In this document: piece by piece, positions 8,921 through 19,407 of the stretch
Layout of the letters: every line of letters starts with the position of its first letter
Numbering within the stretch: position 1 is the first letter of the stretch
Sequence record: ON113170.1
Direction: 5' to 3' (one strand)
DNA from: Enterococcus phage vB_OCPT_CCS1
DNA: 64,000 nt
Notes under the pieces: model-generated
Told to the model about the DNA's origin: nothing
The model's input: the letters and a program-made list of their open reading frames with translations, nothing else
Databases searched by the model: none
Position numbers and translations under genes: made by a program

Positions 8921-11455
8921 ATGATATATACAGCTTACGCAAATTCAGCCGATGGCACAAAAGACTTTACTAAAGTGAGACCTAAACCAAACCTGTATAA
9001 TTCCAGTCTCCTAAATTCTGACTCCTCTATTATTGTAGAGGAGACAGGGTTTAAGCTTTTGGGAGGTTGGGCTAAAACAGTAATCAACCATGCAAATCTT
9101 CGGAAAATTCTGAAAGTGGGGCATACGTATCATTTTTCCTATGACTTCGAATTACTAACCCTGCAAGAAGGGACTGTTCCATATGACCAACCTCAACATA
9201 CAACTCTGCTTTTATATAGTGAAAAAGATGTAAGAAATTATCCGGTAATTGTACTTACACAGTATAGTAATTCTGATAACCGTGAATTAATAAACAACCT
9301 AAGAGTAGGAGATATTGTACACCACACGAAATCGGTAACAATACCAGAATGTGTGGGGGATGTGTTTGCTGATTATCGTATTCTTGCTTATGGTAGACGA
9401 AGTATTAACCCAGACGGTACATTAAATCGTGTGGAAGACGGACGATTTATGAACATCAAAATCGAGGACTCTCAAACAGGAGAGACTGTTTACCTGCAAA
9501 ATGCTATTGATAATCTAGGCAAATCCTATATGCGTTATATTGGTACCTCAAACACTGATAGTAACAATCCTAGTGATTACACATGGAAATTAAACTTAGT
9601 AGGAGAAGCACGCCATACAATAACACCAGAAAATGCAACAGTGAAAGATGTAACTTATAGTGTAGCAGATAAATCAGTGGTTACCATTACACAGAATGAC
9701 GACCATACCGGCGTTTTACTATCTCCGGAAAGTTACGGGAAGACAATTCTAACAGCTAAAACTGTGGATAGCGGTAAAATTGCAAATTTAACGGTAAACA
9801 CCATAAAAACATTGAACCTAGACCATAGTAATCGTATTTCCTTATCACCGGTGGGAGATGCACACAAGATACTTACGGATATTAGAAACTCTGGTACAGT
9901 TAACTTACTAAAAGGTACAGGAGATGCTAGATACTCAAGAGTTTACTCAGTAAGGTCAAATAATTCATCGGTGTCCCCAATAACCTCTGAAGATATAGTT
10001 GAATCAGATACATTAGCCTATACCCGTGTCAGACGTGCAAAGCTAGAAGATGGTACATGGGGTTCTAAATCCTTTAGTCTATACATGGCAGGTGCACCTG
10101 TAGAGCAGTGGGCAACAGAAGACTTTATTGGAACAGGATATTGGTTCTCAGTTATGATACGAAGTAACATAGAACTAACAATATCTAAATCTAAAATGAG
10201 TGTTAGAGAATTTACAGGAGGTACCGATTACGGTAGAGCAGACACACTCGAAGACGTACCGTTAGAGGCAGATAAATGGAAAATGATTAAAGTATGGGTG
10301 CCAGAATCCGAGGAAAGTGCTAGATTAGCTACTAATATTCGGTTTATTCTATGGACACGCGATTTAACAGATACACAATTAGCTACTACATCATTAGACG
10401 TAAGCAGACCTATGGTATCTAAAGAAGAACCATACTATTGGTTACCTGCTCCGGAGGATGTTGGGGTACCTCACGGTCAACCAAATTTAGCTAATAATAC
10501 CTTTAAGGATTGGAAAAGCTACACATTTACTTATTGGAGACCTGATGACATGTTGCGTTCTATAAACCCCGTAGACTTAGGACTATCTGTTGGAGATGTA
10601 TTAACTGTTAAATCAGAGATTACGAATCCTGCGGACAGTAATGTAAAATTAGCCGTAGAAATTTCACAAATGCATGAGGGAGTACGTATTGCTGGAACAC
10701 CAAATGAAATCATCAGTGGTACTAGTGGAACTTCTGTTGCATCTCTTACAGTTAAAAACCTAGAAAACCCTATTAAAGTAGGAGAAATAGTAAAGAGTGA
10801 TTTAAGTACTACCGTAACTGGTGCGCAAGCTAGAAGATTAAAATTAATAAAGGGAGACGAAACCCTAATGGACTTCTGGACACCGAGTTTTGCTGATTTT
10901 AGCGCAGGTAAATATCTACTAAATCCTTATTTTGAAGTAGCACAGGAAAACTATTCTAAGTTAACTACAACTGCTGAACTTACCAATACTACTAAAATTA
11001 TTGGAACAAAAGCGGAAACACAAATAGTATTTGATACTGTTAATACGGTTCGTGACTACTTCCCTAGAGAGTTTTCAGGATTGACAACTAATGAGAGTAT
11101 ATTAGTTAAATTTGCAACCATTGTTAAAAGTATTAAAGTGGTTATCCCGTTCAAAGGGGTTTCCAGTACTCGAACGTACGCTGAACGAGGTATCATAAGC
11201 AATACAGGAGAATATAACGGAATAAGCACAAATGTAACTACAAATTTAGATAGTAGAGAACATGTGCTAACAAGTAATTATGCACCGTATATTCAACAAG
11301 ACATGACTATGAAATATTTTGTCTGCACAGATGCTACGAATGGGTTGGTGGCTAGCTCAGTTACAGTAGGTAAACCTGTTCAAACGGTTATTGTGCAACC
11401 AAGTGAAAATCCAAATGGTGAGGCTGTAGAAATTACAGTCTCCCCTAAAGTATAA
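8921..11455 (+). CDS. tail fibre / receptor-binding-like protein with Big_2 domain
   Basis: 844 aa. The ITPENATVKDVTYSVADKSVVTI...GKTILTAKTVDSGKIANLTVN segment is Big_2-like. Confidence 0.5.
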   Translation: MIYTAYANSADGTKDFTKVRPKPNLYNSSLLNSDSSIIVEETGFKLLGGWAKTVINHANLRKILKVGHTYHFSYDFELLTLQEGTVPYDQPQHTTLLLYSEKDVRNYPVIVLTQYSNSDNRELINNLRVGDIVHHTKSVTIPECVGDVFADYRILAYGRRSINPDGTLNRVEDGRFMNIKIEDSQTGETVYLQNAIDNLGKSYMRYIGTSNTDSNNPSDYTWKLNLVGEARHTITPENATVKDVTYSVADKSVVTITQNDDHTGVLLSPESYGKTILTAKTVDSGKIANLTVNTIKTLNLDHSNRISLSPVGDAHKILTDIRNSGTVNLLKGTGDARYSRVYSVRSNNSSVSPITSEDIVESDTLAYTRVRRAKLEDGTWGSKSFSLYMAGAPVEQWATEDFIGTGYWFSVMIRSNIELTISKSKMSVREFTGGTDYGRADTLEDVPLEADKWKMIKVWVPESEESARLATNIRFILWTRDLTDTQLATTSLDVSRPMVSKEEPYYWLPAPEDVGVPHGQPNLANNTFKDWKSYTFTYWRPDDMLRSINPVDLGLSVGDVLTVKSEITNPADSNVKLAVEISQMHEGVRIAGTPNEIISGTSGTSVASLTVKNLENPIKVGEIVKSDLSTTVTGAQARRLKLIKGDETLMDFWTPSFADFSAGKYLLNPYFEVAQENYSKLTTTAELTNTTKIIGTKAETQIVFDTVNTVRDYFPREFSGLTTNESILVKFATIVKSIKVVIPFKGVSSTRTYAERGIISNTGEYNGISTNVTTNLDSREHVLTSNYAPYIQQDMTMKYFVCTDATNGLVASSVTVGKPVQTVIVQPSENPNGEAVEITVSPKV

Positions 11456-11470
11456 AAGGAGAAATAGACT

Positions 11471-11980
11471 ATGCCAGATAAAACTAATCTAGTTGATGTT
11501 GAGTTAAAAATTCCATTAACTGAAATTTCACAACCTGTATATAGTAAGGTACGGGTTCGTGTTCCACAAGTATTGATTGAGGATGAAATTGTACTAGTTG
11601 AAGACTCGGAAGGTAACCCTATACTAACAAGACTAGCTCTTGAAGTAGAATTAGAAAAATATGTAAAGAACTATTCTGAGCTAGGTACAAAGATAGCTAA
11701 CTTTCGAAAAGTAGCAAGTGAGCTATTGCCAGATGGGTTGGGCGTAACAGACTTTGTTAGTGTCGGAATAACCCATGCAACAGTTATTGACCAGTTTTTA
11801 AAATCGAAATCAAGTGAGGCAAAGGTTATTTACCTTGCAGTTTGGGACGATGTTACGAAGGTAGATGCACCTATTATTAAAGAAGCGGATACACCTACAA
11901 CAGACTCCGATTTTCCTAGTACAGAGATACCTACTGAAACTGAGGAGGAACCTAACCCTGACGAGGGCGTAACAGAATAA
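11471..11980 (+). CDS. hypothetical protein with acidic Thr/Glu/Pro-rich C-terminus
   Basis: ATG after AAAGGAGAAATAG. A strong terminator follows. Confidence 0.45.
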   Translation: MPDKTNLVDVELKIPLTEISQPVYSKVRVRVPQVLIEDEIVLVEDSEGNPILTRLALEVELEKYVKNYSELGTKIANFRKVASELLPDGLGVTDFVSVGITHATVIDQFLKSKSSEAKVIYLAVWDDVTKVDAPIIKEADTPTTDSDFPSTEIPTETEEEPNPDEGVTE

Positions 11981-11997
11981 TATGCTATAATATAAAT

Positions 11998-12024
11998 AGG
12001 GCACGATGCTGTGCCCTATTTTTT
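11998..12024 (+). terminator. rho-independent terminator
   Basis: AGGGCACGATGCTGTGCCCT hairpin followed by TATTTTTTAAT. Confidence 0.7.
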
Positions 12025-12075
12025 AATTGAATGCTATATTATCTAATGAAACCATAGAAGAAAAGAGGTTATAAA

Positions 12076-12621
12076 GTGGCTATTGCAACTAATAATTCCC
12101 GAGTGTATGCTTCATTACAACTTAAAAACAAAAAAGACAGCATGTACTTAGTTATCGGTAAAACCTCACCTTGGACAAACGAAGATGCTCCACCTGCTAC
12201 TGACCCAAATACTTCAACATTACAAGAAGTTGTCGGTTACAAAAAAGTAAGTAAAGCATCTCTATGTCGTGAATACGTTGCAGATGACGAAAACAAGTAC
12301 CCAGTAATCAGTTACGGTGCTCGCAAATTTACTTTGATACCAGATGAGGATGCTTATAGAGAAAAAGCATGGATGGTATATATCGAATCTGAAATCGTAG
12401 GTGACGAATTACCTTTAGGTACATTTAGACAAGTAGGACTCCATACTGACCTAGTACCAAAAACAGGTGTAGATAAAGATGCACTATTACCTAGCGAGGT
12501 AACAAATGCAGGTATTTTACAATTCTTTGAAAACAGACAACAACAAAACAGAACTGCCGATGTAACAATCCGAGAAAAATTTATCGTTACAATGGAAAAC
12601 GGCAAAACATTAAAAGCGTAA
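12076..12621 (+). CDS. hypothetical protein (181 aa)
   Basis: GTG start after GAAAAGAGG. Confidence 0.45.
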   Translation: MAIATNNSRVYASLQLKNKKDSMYLVIGKTSPWTNEDAPPATDPNTSTLQEVVGYKKVSKASLCREYVADDENKYPVISYGARKFTLIPDEDAYREKAWMVYIESEIVGDELPLGTFRQVGLHTDLVPKTGVDKDALLPSEVTNAGILQFFENRQQQNRTADVTIREKFIVTMENGKTLKA

Positions 12622-12637
12622 GAGAGGATGATAAGCA

Positions 12638-15600
12638 TTGGCAAAAGAAATTACAAATGACGATTTAAGTAAAGACCCATACCTTGACCGCTTTGAGGAA
12701 GACCAGAACAGAACCATGGTTCTGTTCAAACCAGATAAGCCCCTACAACAAGCAGAACTTAACGAAATGCAATCTATGCAAAACTATGCGTTATCTAACG
12801 TAGCAGAAGCTATTTTCAGTGATGGGGATATTCAAACAGGTATGGAGTATATCCTTCAAGGAACTACGCTTACTGTTAAAAAAGGTAAAGTATTCCTTGG
12901 TGGTAAAATGCGTAACTTTAACGAACAAAGTATTGAAATCACAGGTAGAGGTACTGAGTACATTGGTGTTAAACTTGTTCAAAAGGTAATTACCGCAGAA
13001 GATGACCCAACCTTGTTAGACCAAACAAGTGGCGTTCCTAGTCATTTCTCAGAAGGTGCAGACCGTCTAGAGGAAACAGTTGTACTAGGAGTAAACGATG
13101 ATGAAGCTTCAAACATTTATCGTTTTGAGAACGGTCAATTATATATTAACCCAGATACACCAGAAATGGACAAAATCAATAAAGTATTAGCAGAACGTAC
13201 TTATGATGAATCCGGTTCTTATCGTGTACGTGGATTTGATATGTATACAGAAGTGCACCCAACAGACCCTAATAACAAAATCCAATTAGTTATTGACTCT
13301 GGACGTGCATATGTACTAGGCTTTAAAGTAGACAAACCTACAACTACTCGTATTGACATTGATAAGTCTCGTGATTTAGAAACAATCAATAACGAAGGTT
13401 TCTACTACAGTAATGAAACTCGTTTAAACAAACTAGGTAACGCACCTGTATCTAGCGTAGACCGTGTAACAGCCCAAGTGGAAGTTGCAAAAGAACAAGT
13501 GTCTCGTGGAGTTGTTGGTGGGGGTACTGATTACCTTAAAAATACTTCGGTAACAAGAGTTGTTCGTGTATGGACGGAAGGTTCCGGAGCGCACGAATAT
13601 ACACAGGGAGAAGACTTCCAATTAGTTAATGGTCAAGCTATCTCATGGGCACCTACAGGGCAAGAACCACCTGCCGGAGGTACTTACTTTGTACAATACG
13701 TTTACAACAAAACAATGATTGAAAACACTGATTATAAAGTAACTGTTAAAGGTGAAGGAGATAACCGTGAATGGTATATTGACTTTAACGAAATGACAGG
13801 TTCTAAACCAGTAGACGAATCATTAGTTAACGTAGACTACAAATACTTCTTAGCTCGTAAAGACCTTATTGTATTAGACCATAACGGAAACTTTACAGTT
13901 CATAAAGGGCAACCTAACGCAATGCGTTTAGTAGATTCTCCTAACCATATTGACCCATTGACACTGAATATTGGTACAGTGCTTGTTTACCCAGATTCAA
14001 GCACGGCAGAAGCTAAGCAATGGACAATCACTCGGTTAACGATGGAAGAGCTACAAAAATTATCTGTACGTGTAGACAACATGGAATACAACCAAGCGGT
14101 ATTCTATCTTGACCAACCTGCGATGGCAGGAGAAAACCCAATCTATTTACGTGGTGTGTTCTCTGATGCGTTTATCTCTTTAGATAAATATGATACAAGT
14201 CATCCAGATGCTACAATTGCTTTTGACTTTGATACAGCAGAAATTACTTTACCATATGCGGAAATCAACAAAACAGTACCATCTATTATCGAAGGTTCTA
14301 GTGAAGCGCATGTATGGGGACGATTAGTAACTGCACCATTTACCGAAGAAGTCGGTATTAGACAGCCGTTTGCTACAGAGGCAATGAATGTTAACCCATA
14401 CAATACGTTCAATAAGCAAGGTGTTCTAACACTAAATCCTAGTGCAGATAACTGGATTGAAGAAGAACGTATCACTATCACCAAAGAAGAAACATCTACA
14501 ATGACTATTCGTCAATGGTGGAGACACGGTGGAGCTTCTTGGACAAATGACGAAATGAACCTTGTATCTAACGTAGACCTAGACAACGGTATGAATTGGA
14601 GCGACCTAAAAGACGACTATCGTAAGTCTGGATTGTCTGGTACTACACTATCTAGTGGTGGACAACAAACAAAAGAGTCTATGATTGAGTTCATGAGACA
14701 AATTGACGTTGAAATCTACGCTGAGAACTTAGAGCCAAATGCAAACAACTTAGTTGTGTCATTTGATGGACTACGTGTCCCTGTAACACCATCTTCTGGT
14801 TACCGTAGAGGTTCACAAGAGGGTACTGGTATGGCAAATGCTGATGGTACGTTCAAAGGTGTATTCAAGATTCCTGCGGGTGTACGCTGTGGTACTCGTG
14901 AAGTATCTATCCGAAACGATACGAACTTAGCAAGTACAACGTTCACTGCACAAGGAACAATGAAAACTACTGAGGACATTATTATCCGTACTCACGTAAC
15001 AATTAACCTAGTTGACCCGTTGGCACAATCATTCAGCTTCAATACAAACCGTATTGCTACAAGCTTTGATGTGTTCTTCGCTTCTAAGGATAGCAGTACA
15101 AACATTATCTGTCAAGTACGTGGTATCTCAGAAGGTGGTCAACCAAACAAAACGGTTTATGCAGAACGTGTATTAAAACCTTCTGAAATCAATGTATCTG
15201 ACGATGCTAGTGTAGCAACTAAGATTACGTTTGATGACCCATTGATGTGTAAAGCAGGTCAAGAGTACTGTTTAGTGTTCATTACTGACTCTGATAAATA
15301 CACAATGTGGATTGCTACAATGGGACAAAACAGAATTGACGACCCAACTCAAAGTGTGAACTCTAACCCTTACTTAGAAGGTGTGCTTTACAGTTCATCT
15401 AATGCGAGTGCATGGTCTATTCACCAAATGTCTGACTTGAAATTTACTGTGTACACAGCTAAATTTAACGAAGAAGCTGTCTTGGAGTTCGATGTAATGA
15501 GAAACATCAACGTAGACCGTGTGGTTCTTATGTCCACATATTTAACTCCTGCGAATACAGGATGTAAATGGGACATGAAGATTGTTCTCAACAACGAACC

Positions 15601-16096
15601 TTCCGGAACAACCGTCAATGACAAGCCTTGGGTTCCAATTGCGAACTACGTAGACTTAGATGTTAACCAGATTGCTCGTGAAGTTAAACTTCGTGCAACG
15701 TTTAAAGCAAACCAATATATTTCTCCAATGCTTGCATTAGACGATATTATGTTTGCCGGTTTCTTAACTGCCTTGAAGGGTAGCTACGTATCTCGTACAA
15801 TTGATTTATCCGAGGCTCCATACAACACTGTTAAAATGTCTTACGAACAGTTTACTCCTGCTGGAACTACTGTTGTTGCAAAATACAGTACTGACGAAGG
15901 TAAAACATGGAAGACATTCACTGCTCATCCTACAACAACACAACGTACGCAAGATTTCGTTCGTGTAGATTACGTTGAGAAGATTAATACGGGTGGAACA
16001 TTTAAATCCATTAAGTTCCGTCTTGACATGTCAACCCAGAACTCATTCCTTCGCCCGAGGGTGAGACGCTTAATGACGAATATGACCGACAAATAG
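12638..16096 (+). CDS. large virion protein (1152 aa), adsorption-associated/tail protein-like
   Basis: TTG start after AGAGAGGATG. Long uninterrupted ORF. It lies between the fibre genes and the replication module, as in SPO1-like myoviruses. Confidence 0.45.
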   Translation: MAKEITNDDLSKDPYLDRFEEDQNRTMVLFKPDKPLQQAELNEMQSMQNYALSNVAEAIFSDGDIQTGMEYILQGTTLTVKKGKVFLGGKMRNFNEQSIEITGRGTEYIGVKLVQKVITAEDDPTLLDQTSGVPSHFSEGADRLEETVVLGVNDDEASNIYRFENGQLYINPDTPEMDKINKVLAERTYDESGSYRVRGFDMYTEVHPTDPNNKIQLVIDSGRAYVLGFKVDKPTTTRIDIDKSRDLETINNEGFYYSNETRLNKLGNAPVSSVDRVTAQVEVAKEQVSRGVVGGGTDYLKNTSVTRVVRVWTEGSGAHEYTQGEDFQLVNGQAISWAPTGQEPPAGGTYFVQYVYNKTMIENTDYKVTVKGEGDNREWYIDFNEMTGSKPVDESLVNVDYKYFLARKDLIVLDHNGNFTVHKGQPNAMRLVDSPNHIDPLTLNIGTVLVYPDSSTAEAKQWTITRLTMEELQKLSVRVDNMEYNQAVFYLDQPAMAGENPIYLRGVFSDAFISLDKYDTSHPDATIAFDFDTAEITLPYAEINKTVPSIIEGSSEAHVWGRLVTAPFTEEVGIRQPFATEAMNVNPYNTFNKQGVLTLNPSADNWIEEERITITKEETSTMTIRQWWRHGGASWTNDEMNLVSNVDLDNGMNWSDLKDDYRKSGLSGTTLSSGGQQTKESMIEFMRQIDVEIYAENLEPNANNLVVSFDGLRVPVTPSSGYRRGSQEGTGMANADGTFKGVFKIPAGVRCGTREVSIRNDTNLASTTFTAQGTMKTTEDIIIRTHVTINLVDPLAQSFSFNTNRIATSFDVFFASKDSSTNIICQVRGISEGGQPNKTVYAERVLKPSEINVSDDASVATKITFDDPLMCKAGQEYCLVFITDSDKYTMWIATMGQNRIDDPTQSVNSNPYLEGVLYSSSNASAWSIHQMSDLKFTVYTAKFNEEAVLEFDVMRNINVDRVVLMSTYLTPANTGCKWDMKIVLNNEPSGTTVNDKPWVPIANYVDLDVNQIAREVKLRATFKANQYISPMLALDDIMFAGFLTALKGSYVSRTIDLSEAPYNTVKMSYEQFTPAGTTVVAKYSTDEGKTWKTFTAHPTTTQRTQDFVRVDYVEKINTGGTFKSIKFRLDMSTQNSFLRPRVRRLMTNMTDK

Positions 16097-16176
16097 AAGA
16101 TGTAACTGTAATGTAACATTTCTATGCCTCTTACTGTGGTATACTTATTGTATACGAAATAGTAGGAGGTTTTTTA

Positions 16177-17139
16177 ATGGTTAAAGCATTACAATTAGCA
16201 GGTACTACATTTGGTAAATGGCACGTAAAAGAACGAGATACTTCTAAGAAAGGTAGAGCATACTGGATTTGTGAATGCTCTTGTGGAAGAACAGTTCAAT
16301 CTATTCCGAGCGGTACTCTTACTACAGGCTCATCTGTGATGTGTAAACAATGTGCAAATGAGAAATCTTTAGTGGGTAAGACTTTTGGTAGGTTGACCGT
16401 CATTAAAGATTCAGGTGAACGAGCAACTAATGGTAGTATCCTTTGGGAGTGTAAATGTTCCTGTGGGAAGACAAGCCTTGTCAGGGGTTCAGAGTTAACA
16501 GGGGGTCGCACAAAGAGTTGTGGTTGTTACTCCACGGATGTACTCAAAAAAGTAGCCACTAAACATGGATTGTCTAAAGTGAACGGAAAACCCACAAAAT
16601 TATTCCGGGCATGGGCTTCGATGAAACAACGGTGTTACAACAAGAACCATGCGAGTTATAAAGATTACGGTGGAAGAGGTATAACCATATGTTCTGAATG
16701 GCGTGAAAACTTTGAAGCTTTCCATGATTGGGCTATGACTAACGGATTTTCCGATGACTTGTCTATTGATAGAATTGACAATGACAAAGGCTATTCACCA
16801 GATAACTGTCGATGGGTAGATGCTAAAACCCAGATTCGAAATAGACGAAATACAGTTACTTATGAGTGGCAAGGAAAGGAGTATACTCGAGCTGAGTTAA
16901 GTAGGTTGACAGGTATAAATGAGCAAACCATTGCTTCAAGATTGAACAAAGGTTTTTCCCTTGAAGAAACCCTTTCTTCAAAAGTAGGCACTTCTGTATT
17001 ACTTATGACCTATAAAGGGGAGACTAAACCTGTCAAACAATGGTGTAAAGAACTAGGGTTGAACTATGCAACTGTACGTAACAGACATTATAAGGGTTGG
17101 ACTGATGAAGAAGCTTTGACTGGTATACGTAATAAATAG
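16177..17139 (+). CDS. free-standing HNH homing endonuclease with tandem Cys-rich modules and duplicated C-terminal DNA-binding repeats
   Basis: Two WxCxCSCG...C..C modules. HNH core YKDYGGRGITICSEW...GYSPDNCRWV...NRRN. Two C-terminal repeats (TYEWQGKEYTRAELSRLTGIN / TYKGETKPVKQWCKELGLNYATV). Confidence 0.7.
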   Translation: MVKALQLAGTTFGKWHVKERDTSKKGRAYWICECSCGRTVQSIPSGTLTTGSSVMCKQCANEKSLVGKTFGRLTVIKDSGERATNGSILWECKCSCGKTSLVRGSELTGGRTKSCGCYSTDVLKKVATKHGLSKVNGKPTKLFRAWASMKQRCYNKNHASYKDYGGRGITICSEWRENFEAFHDWAMTNGFSDDLSIDRIDNDKGYSPDNCRWVDAKTQIRNRRNTVTYEWQGKEYTRAELSRLTGINEQTIASRLNKGFSLEETLSSKVGTSVLLMTYKGETKPVKQWCKELGLNYATVRNRHYKGWTDEEALTGIRNK

Positions 17140-17155
17140 TCAACCAAGTTGAATA

Positions 17156-17196
17156 GCCTCTATATGCTATACTAGGCATATAGGGGTTATTTTTTA
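17156..17196 (+). terminator. rho-independent terminator
   Basis: CCTCTATATGC...GCATATAGGGG stem followed by TTATTTTTTAT. Confidence 0.6.
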
Positions 17197-17216
17197 TGTA
17201 AAGGAGACTTATTTAT

Positions 17217-17423
17217 ATGCCAGAATCATTTAGACAAAAATCATCAGGAGCTTTAATTTTTAGACCTACAGTTTCTGAGAAAATTCATTCTAACCAGATG
17301 AAAGCTCTTGCTAAAGATAAAGAGAAATTGAACAGAGACATACAAGAGGTTAATAATTTAAAACAAGAATTGACTAAGGAACTAGAAGAAATTAGAGAAC
17401 TAAAAAACAGGTTAAAAGGATAA
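17217..17423 (+). CDS. small coiled-coil protein (68 aa)
   Basis: ATG after AAGGAGA. Heptad-rich KEKLNRDIQEVNNLKQELTKELEEIRELKNRLK. Confidence 0.4.
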   Translation: MPESFRQKSSGALIFRPTVSEKIHSNQMKALAKDKEKLNRDIQEVNNLKQELTKELEEIRELKNRLKG

Positions 17424-17553
17424 AATGTCCTATTTTAAATTTTTGACCTCCTTATATATTTAATATTATATATTTAACTATTTATCTAAGTTATATGTAT
17501 TTATATATTATATATTTATATATAAGGGAACCAAAAATGGAAAATAGGACATT
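17422..17553. promoter_or_regulatory. AT-rich simple-sequence block flanked by ~14-bp inverted repeats; candidate origin/unwinding element or regulatory region
   Basis: AAAATGTCCTATTTT (17422-17436) and AAAATAGGACATT (17541-17553) are reverse complements. The interior is TATATATTTAATATTATATATTTA... Confidence 0.35.
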
Positions 17554-17580
17554 GACACACACTTACAGTACTGGTACAAT
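17552..17580 (+). promoter_or_regulatory. sigma-A-type promoter
   Basis: TTGACA-17 nt-TACAAT, 37 nt upstream of the helicase ATG. Confidence 0.6.
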
Positions 17581-17616
17581 AGTATTGTAAGGTGTGAGAC
17601 ATTATTAGGAGGACTT

Positions 17617-19392
17617 ATGAGACTAGTAATAGATGTAATGCACACTCAGATTAGATTTGATGAAAACGAAGGTAGCCTTCGTAGCACTATACATAAAGTA
17701 ATGCACGAAGAACTTGGAGTAAAAGCAGATGGCTATCAATTTAGTCCTGCATATAAATCAGGCTACTGGGATGGAATTATTGATTTTTACAATAAGGACA
17801 ACGATACGTTCCCTACAGGTCTAGTACCTAAAGTAGAGGAAATCCTAGGAAGACTACAAACTGCTATGGGTAGTAGAGGTTACATGTTTCAATTTGAGAT
17901 TATTGATGACAGACCTGACAAATTCATGGAAGTTGAGGAAATGGATTCAGAAATTAAATTGAATGGTGACAATGGAGAAGTAATTACTCTACGTGACTAT
18001 CAATATGATTCTGTAAAAAGTATTATTGAGAAGCAAACAGGTATTATCAATGTTGCTACTAACGGTGGTAAAACTGAGATTGCTTCTGGGTTAATACAGC
18101 AAATCTTACCTGCTTTAGAGTCAGGAGAAAGAATTGCATTCTTCACAAACAGCTCCTCTATCTTCACTCAATCTATCGACCGTATTGAAAAACGATTAGG
18201 CATTAAAGTAGGTGCCTTTGGAGCAGGTAAAAAGGATATTCAACAAGTTACATTTGTGATGATTCCAACAATTACCTCTGCTATTTCAGCAGACCCAGAA
18301 GCTAAACTTAAACTTACACCAAAAGAGCGTATGTACAAAAAGTTAGCTAAAGAAATTGCTCCTAAGTTCCTTACAGGGTTTAATCAAAAAGGACTACTTG
18401 AAGGTTACATTCGTAACTTCCAAGTTAAAACAAAAGCTGACTTACAGTTGAAACATGAATTGGAAGAAGCTTACTACAGTTGTGGAACTAACAAACAGGT
18501 AGTGATGAAAATGCGTAGCTATCAAGCTGAGTATGAAAAGGTAGTCGAGAAAAAGAACGGGAAGGTCTTGAAGAAATACAACGAAGCAAAAGAGTTTTTA
18601 GAATCTGTTGCTGTTATGATTGTAGACGAGGCACACCATACTAGTTCTGATACTTGGTACCAAGCACTAACTGCTTGTTCTAATGCTCAGTATCGTATGG
18701 CTTTAACAGGTTCTATTGACATGAAAAACCATGTGTTATGGCAAAGAATGCAAGCCATTTTTGGTTCCATTACTACCAAGGTTTCGAATGATACCTTAAT
18801 CAGCTTAGGTCACTCTGCAAAACCTAAAATTACCATTTTCCCAATTATTGCCCCTACAGACATCGAAAACTCCAATTACATGGATGCTTACAAGATGGGG
18901 ATAGTGGACAATGTATACAGAAACTCTTTGATTGCTAAACTTACAAAGAAAATGTACGAGAGTGGTAGTGGAGTACTGGTAATTATTAATCGTATTGAAC
19001 ACGGGGAAACGATTAGTGAGTTATTAGATGCAGAAGGTGTACCACATTACTTCATTCACGGAGAGCTTGACAATGACTTACGTGATGAAAAGTTACAAGA
19101 AATGCGTGACGGACATTTGAAGGTGATGATTTCCTCAACAATTATTGATGAGGGGGTTGACATCTCCGGTATTGATACCTTAATATTAGGTGCAGGTGGT
19201 AAGTCCTTACGTCAAACCTTGCAACGGGTAGGTCGTGGCTTACGTAAGAAAAAGACAGGTGAAAACAAGGTATCTGTTTTTGATTTTTACGACTTGACAA
19301 ATAAACACTTGAAGAAACATTCGGAAGAGAGAAGAAAAATCTATGAGAAAGAACAATTTGAGATTGTTGACATCCCTCTTCCAACGAAATAA
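17617..19392 (+). CDS. SF2 DNA helicase (DEAH-type)
   Basis: ATNGGKTEIA (motif I), MIVDEAHH (II), LTGS (III), QTLQRVGRGLR (VI). Confidence 0.75.
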   Translation: MRLVIDVMHTQIRFDENEGSLRSTIHKVMHEELGVKADGYQFSPAYKSGYWDGIIDFYNKDNDTFPTGLVPKVEEILGRLQTAMGSRGYMFQFEIIDDRPDKFMEVEEMDSEIKLNGDNGEVITLRDYQYDSVKSIIEKQTGIINVATNGGKTEIASGLIQQILPALESGERIAFFTNSSSIFTQSIDRIEKRLGIKVGAFGAGKKDIQQVTFVMIPTITSAISADPEAKLKLTPKERMYKKLAKEIAPKFLTGFNQKGLLEGYIRNFQVKTKADLQLKHELEEAYYSCGTNKQVVMKMRSYQAEYEKVVEKKNGKVLKKYNEAKEFLESVAVMIVDEAHHTSSDTWYQALTACSNAQYRMALTGSIDMKNHVLWQRMQAIFGSITTKVSNDTLISLGHSAKPKITIFPIIAPTDIENSNYMDAYKMGIVDNVYRNSLIAKLTKKMYESGSGVLVIINRIEHGETISELLDAEGVPHYFIHGELDNDLRDEKLQEMRDGHLKVMISSTIIDEGVDISGIDTLILGAGGKSLRQTLQRVGRGLRKKKTGENKVSVFDFYDLTNKHLKKHSEERRKIYEKEQFEIVDIPLPTK

Positions 19393-19407
19393 ACGAGGAG
19401 GTACAAG

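Noticed and set aside
12000-12075. Promoter between the structural-gene terminator and the 12076 gene
   Set aside because: Only weak matches (TTGAAT / TATATT with poor spacing). Late virion genes are probably read by the phage sigma factor, whose consensus cannot be derived from this window alone.
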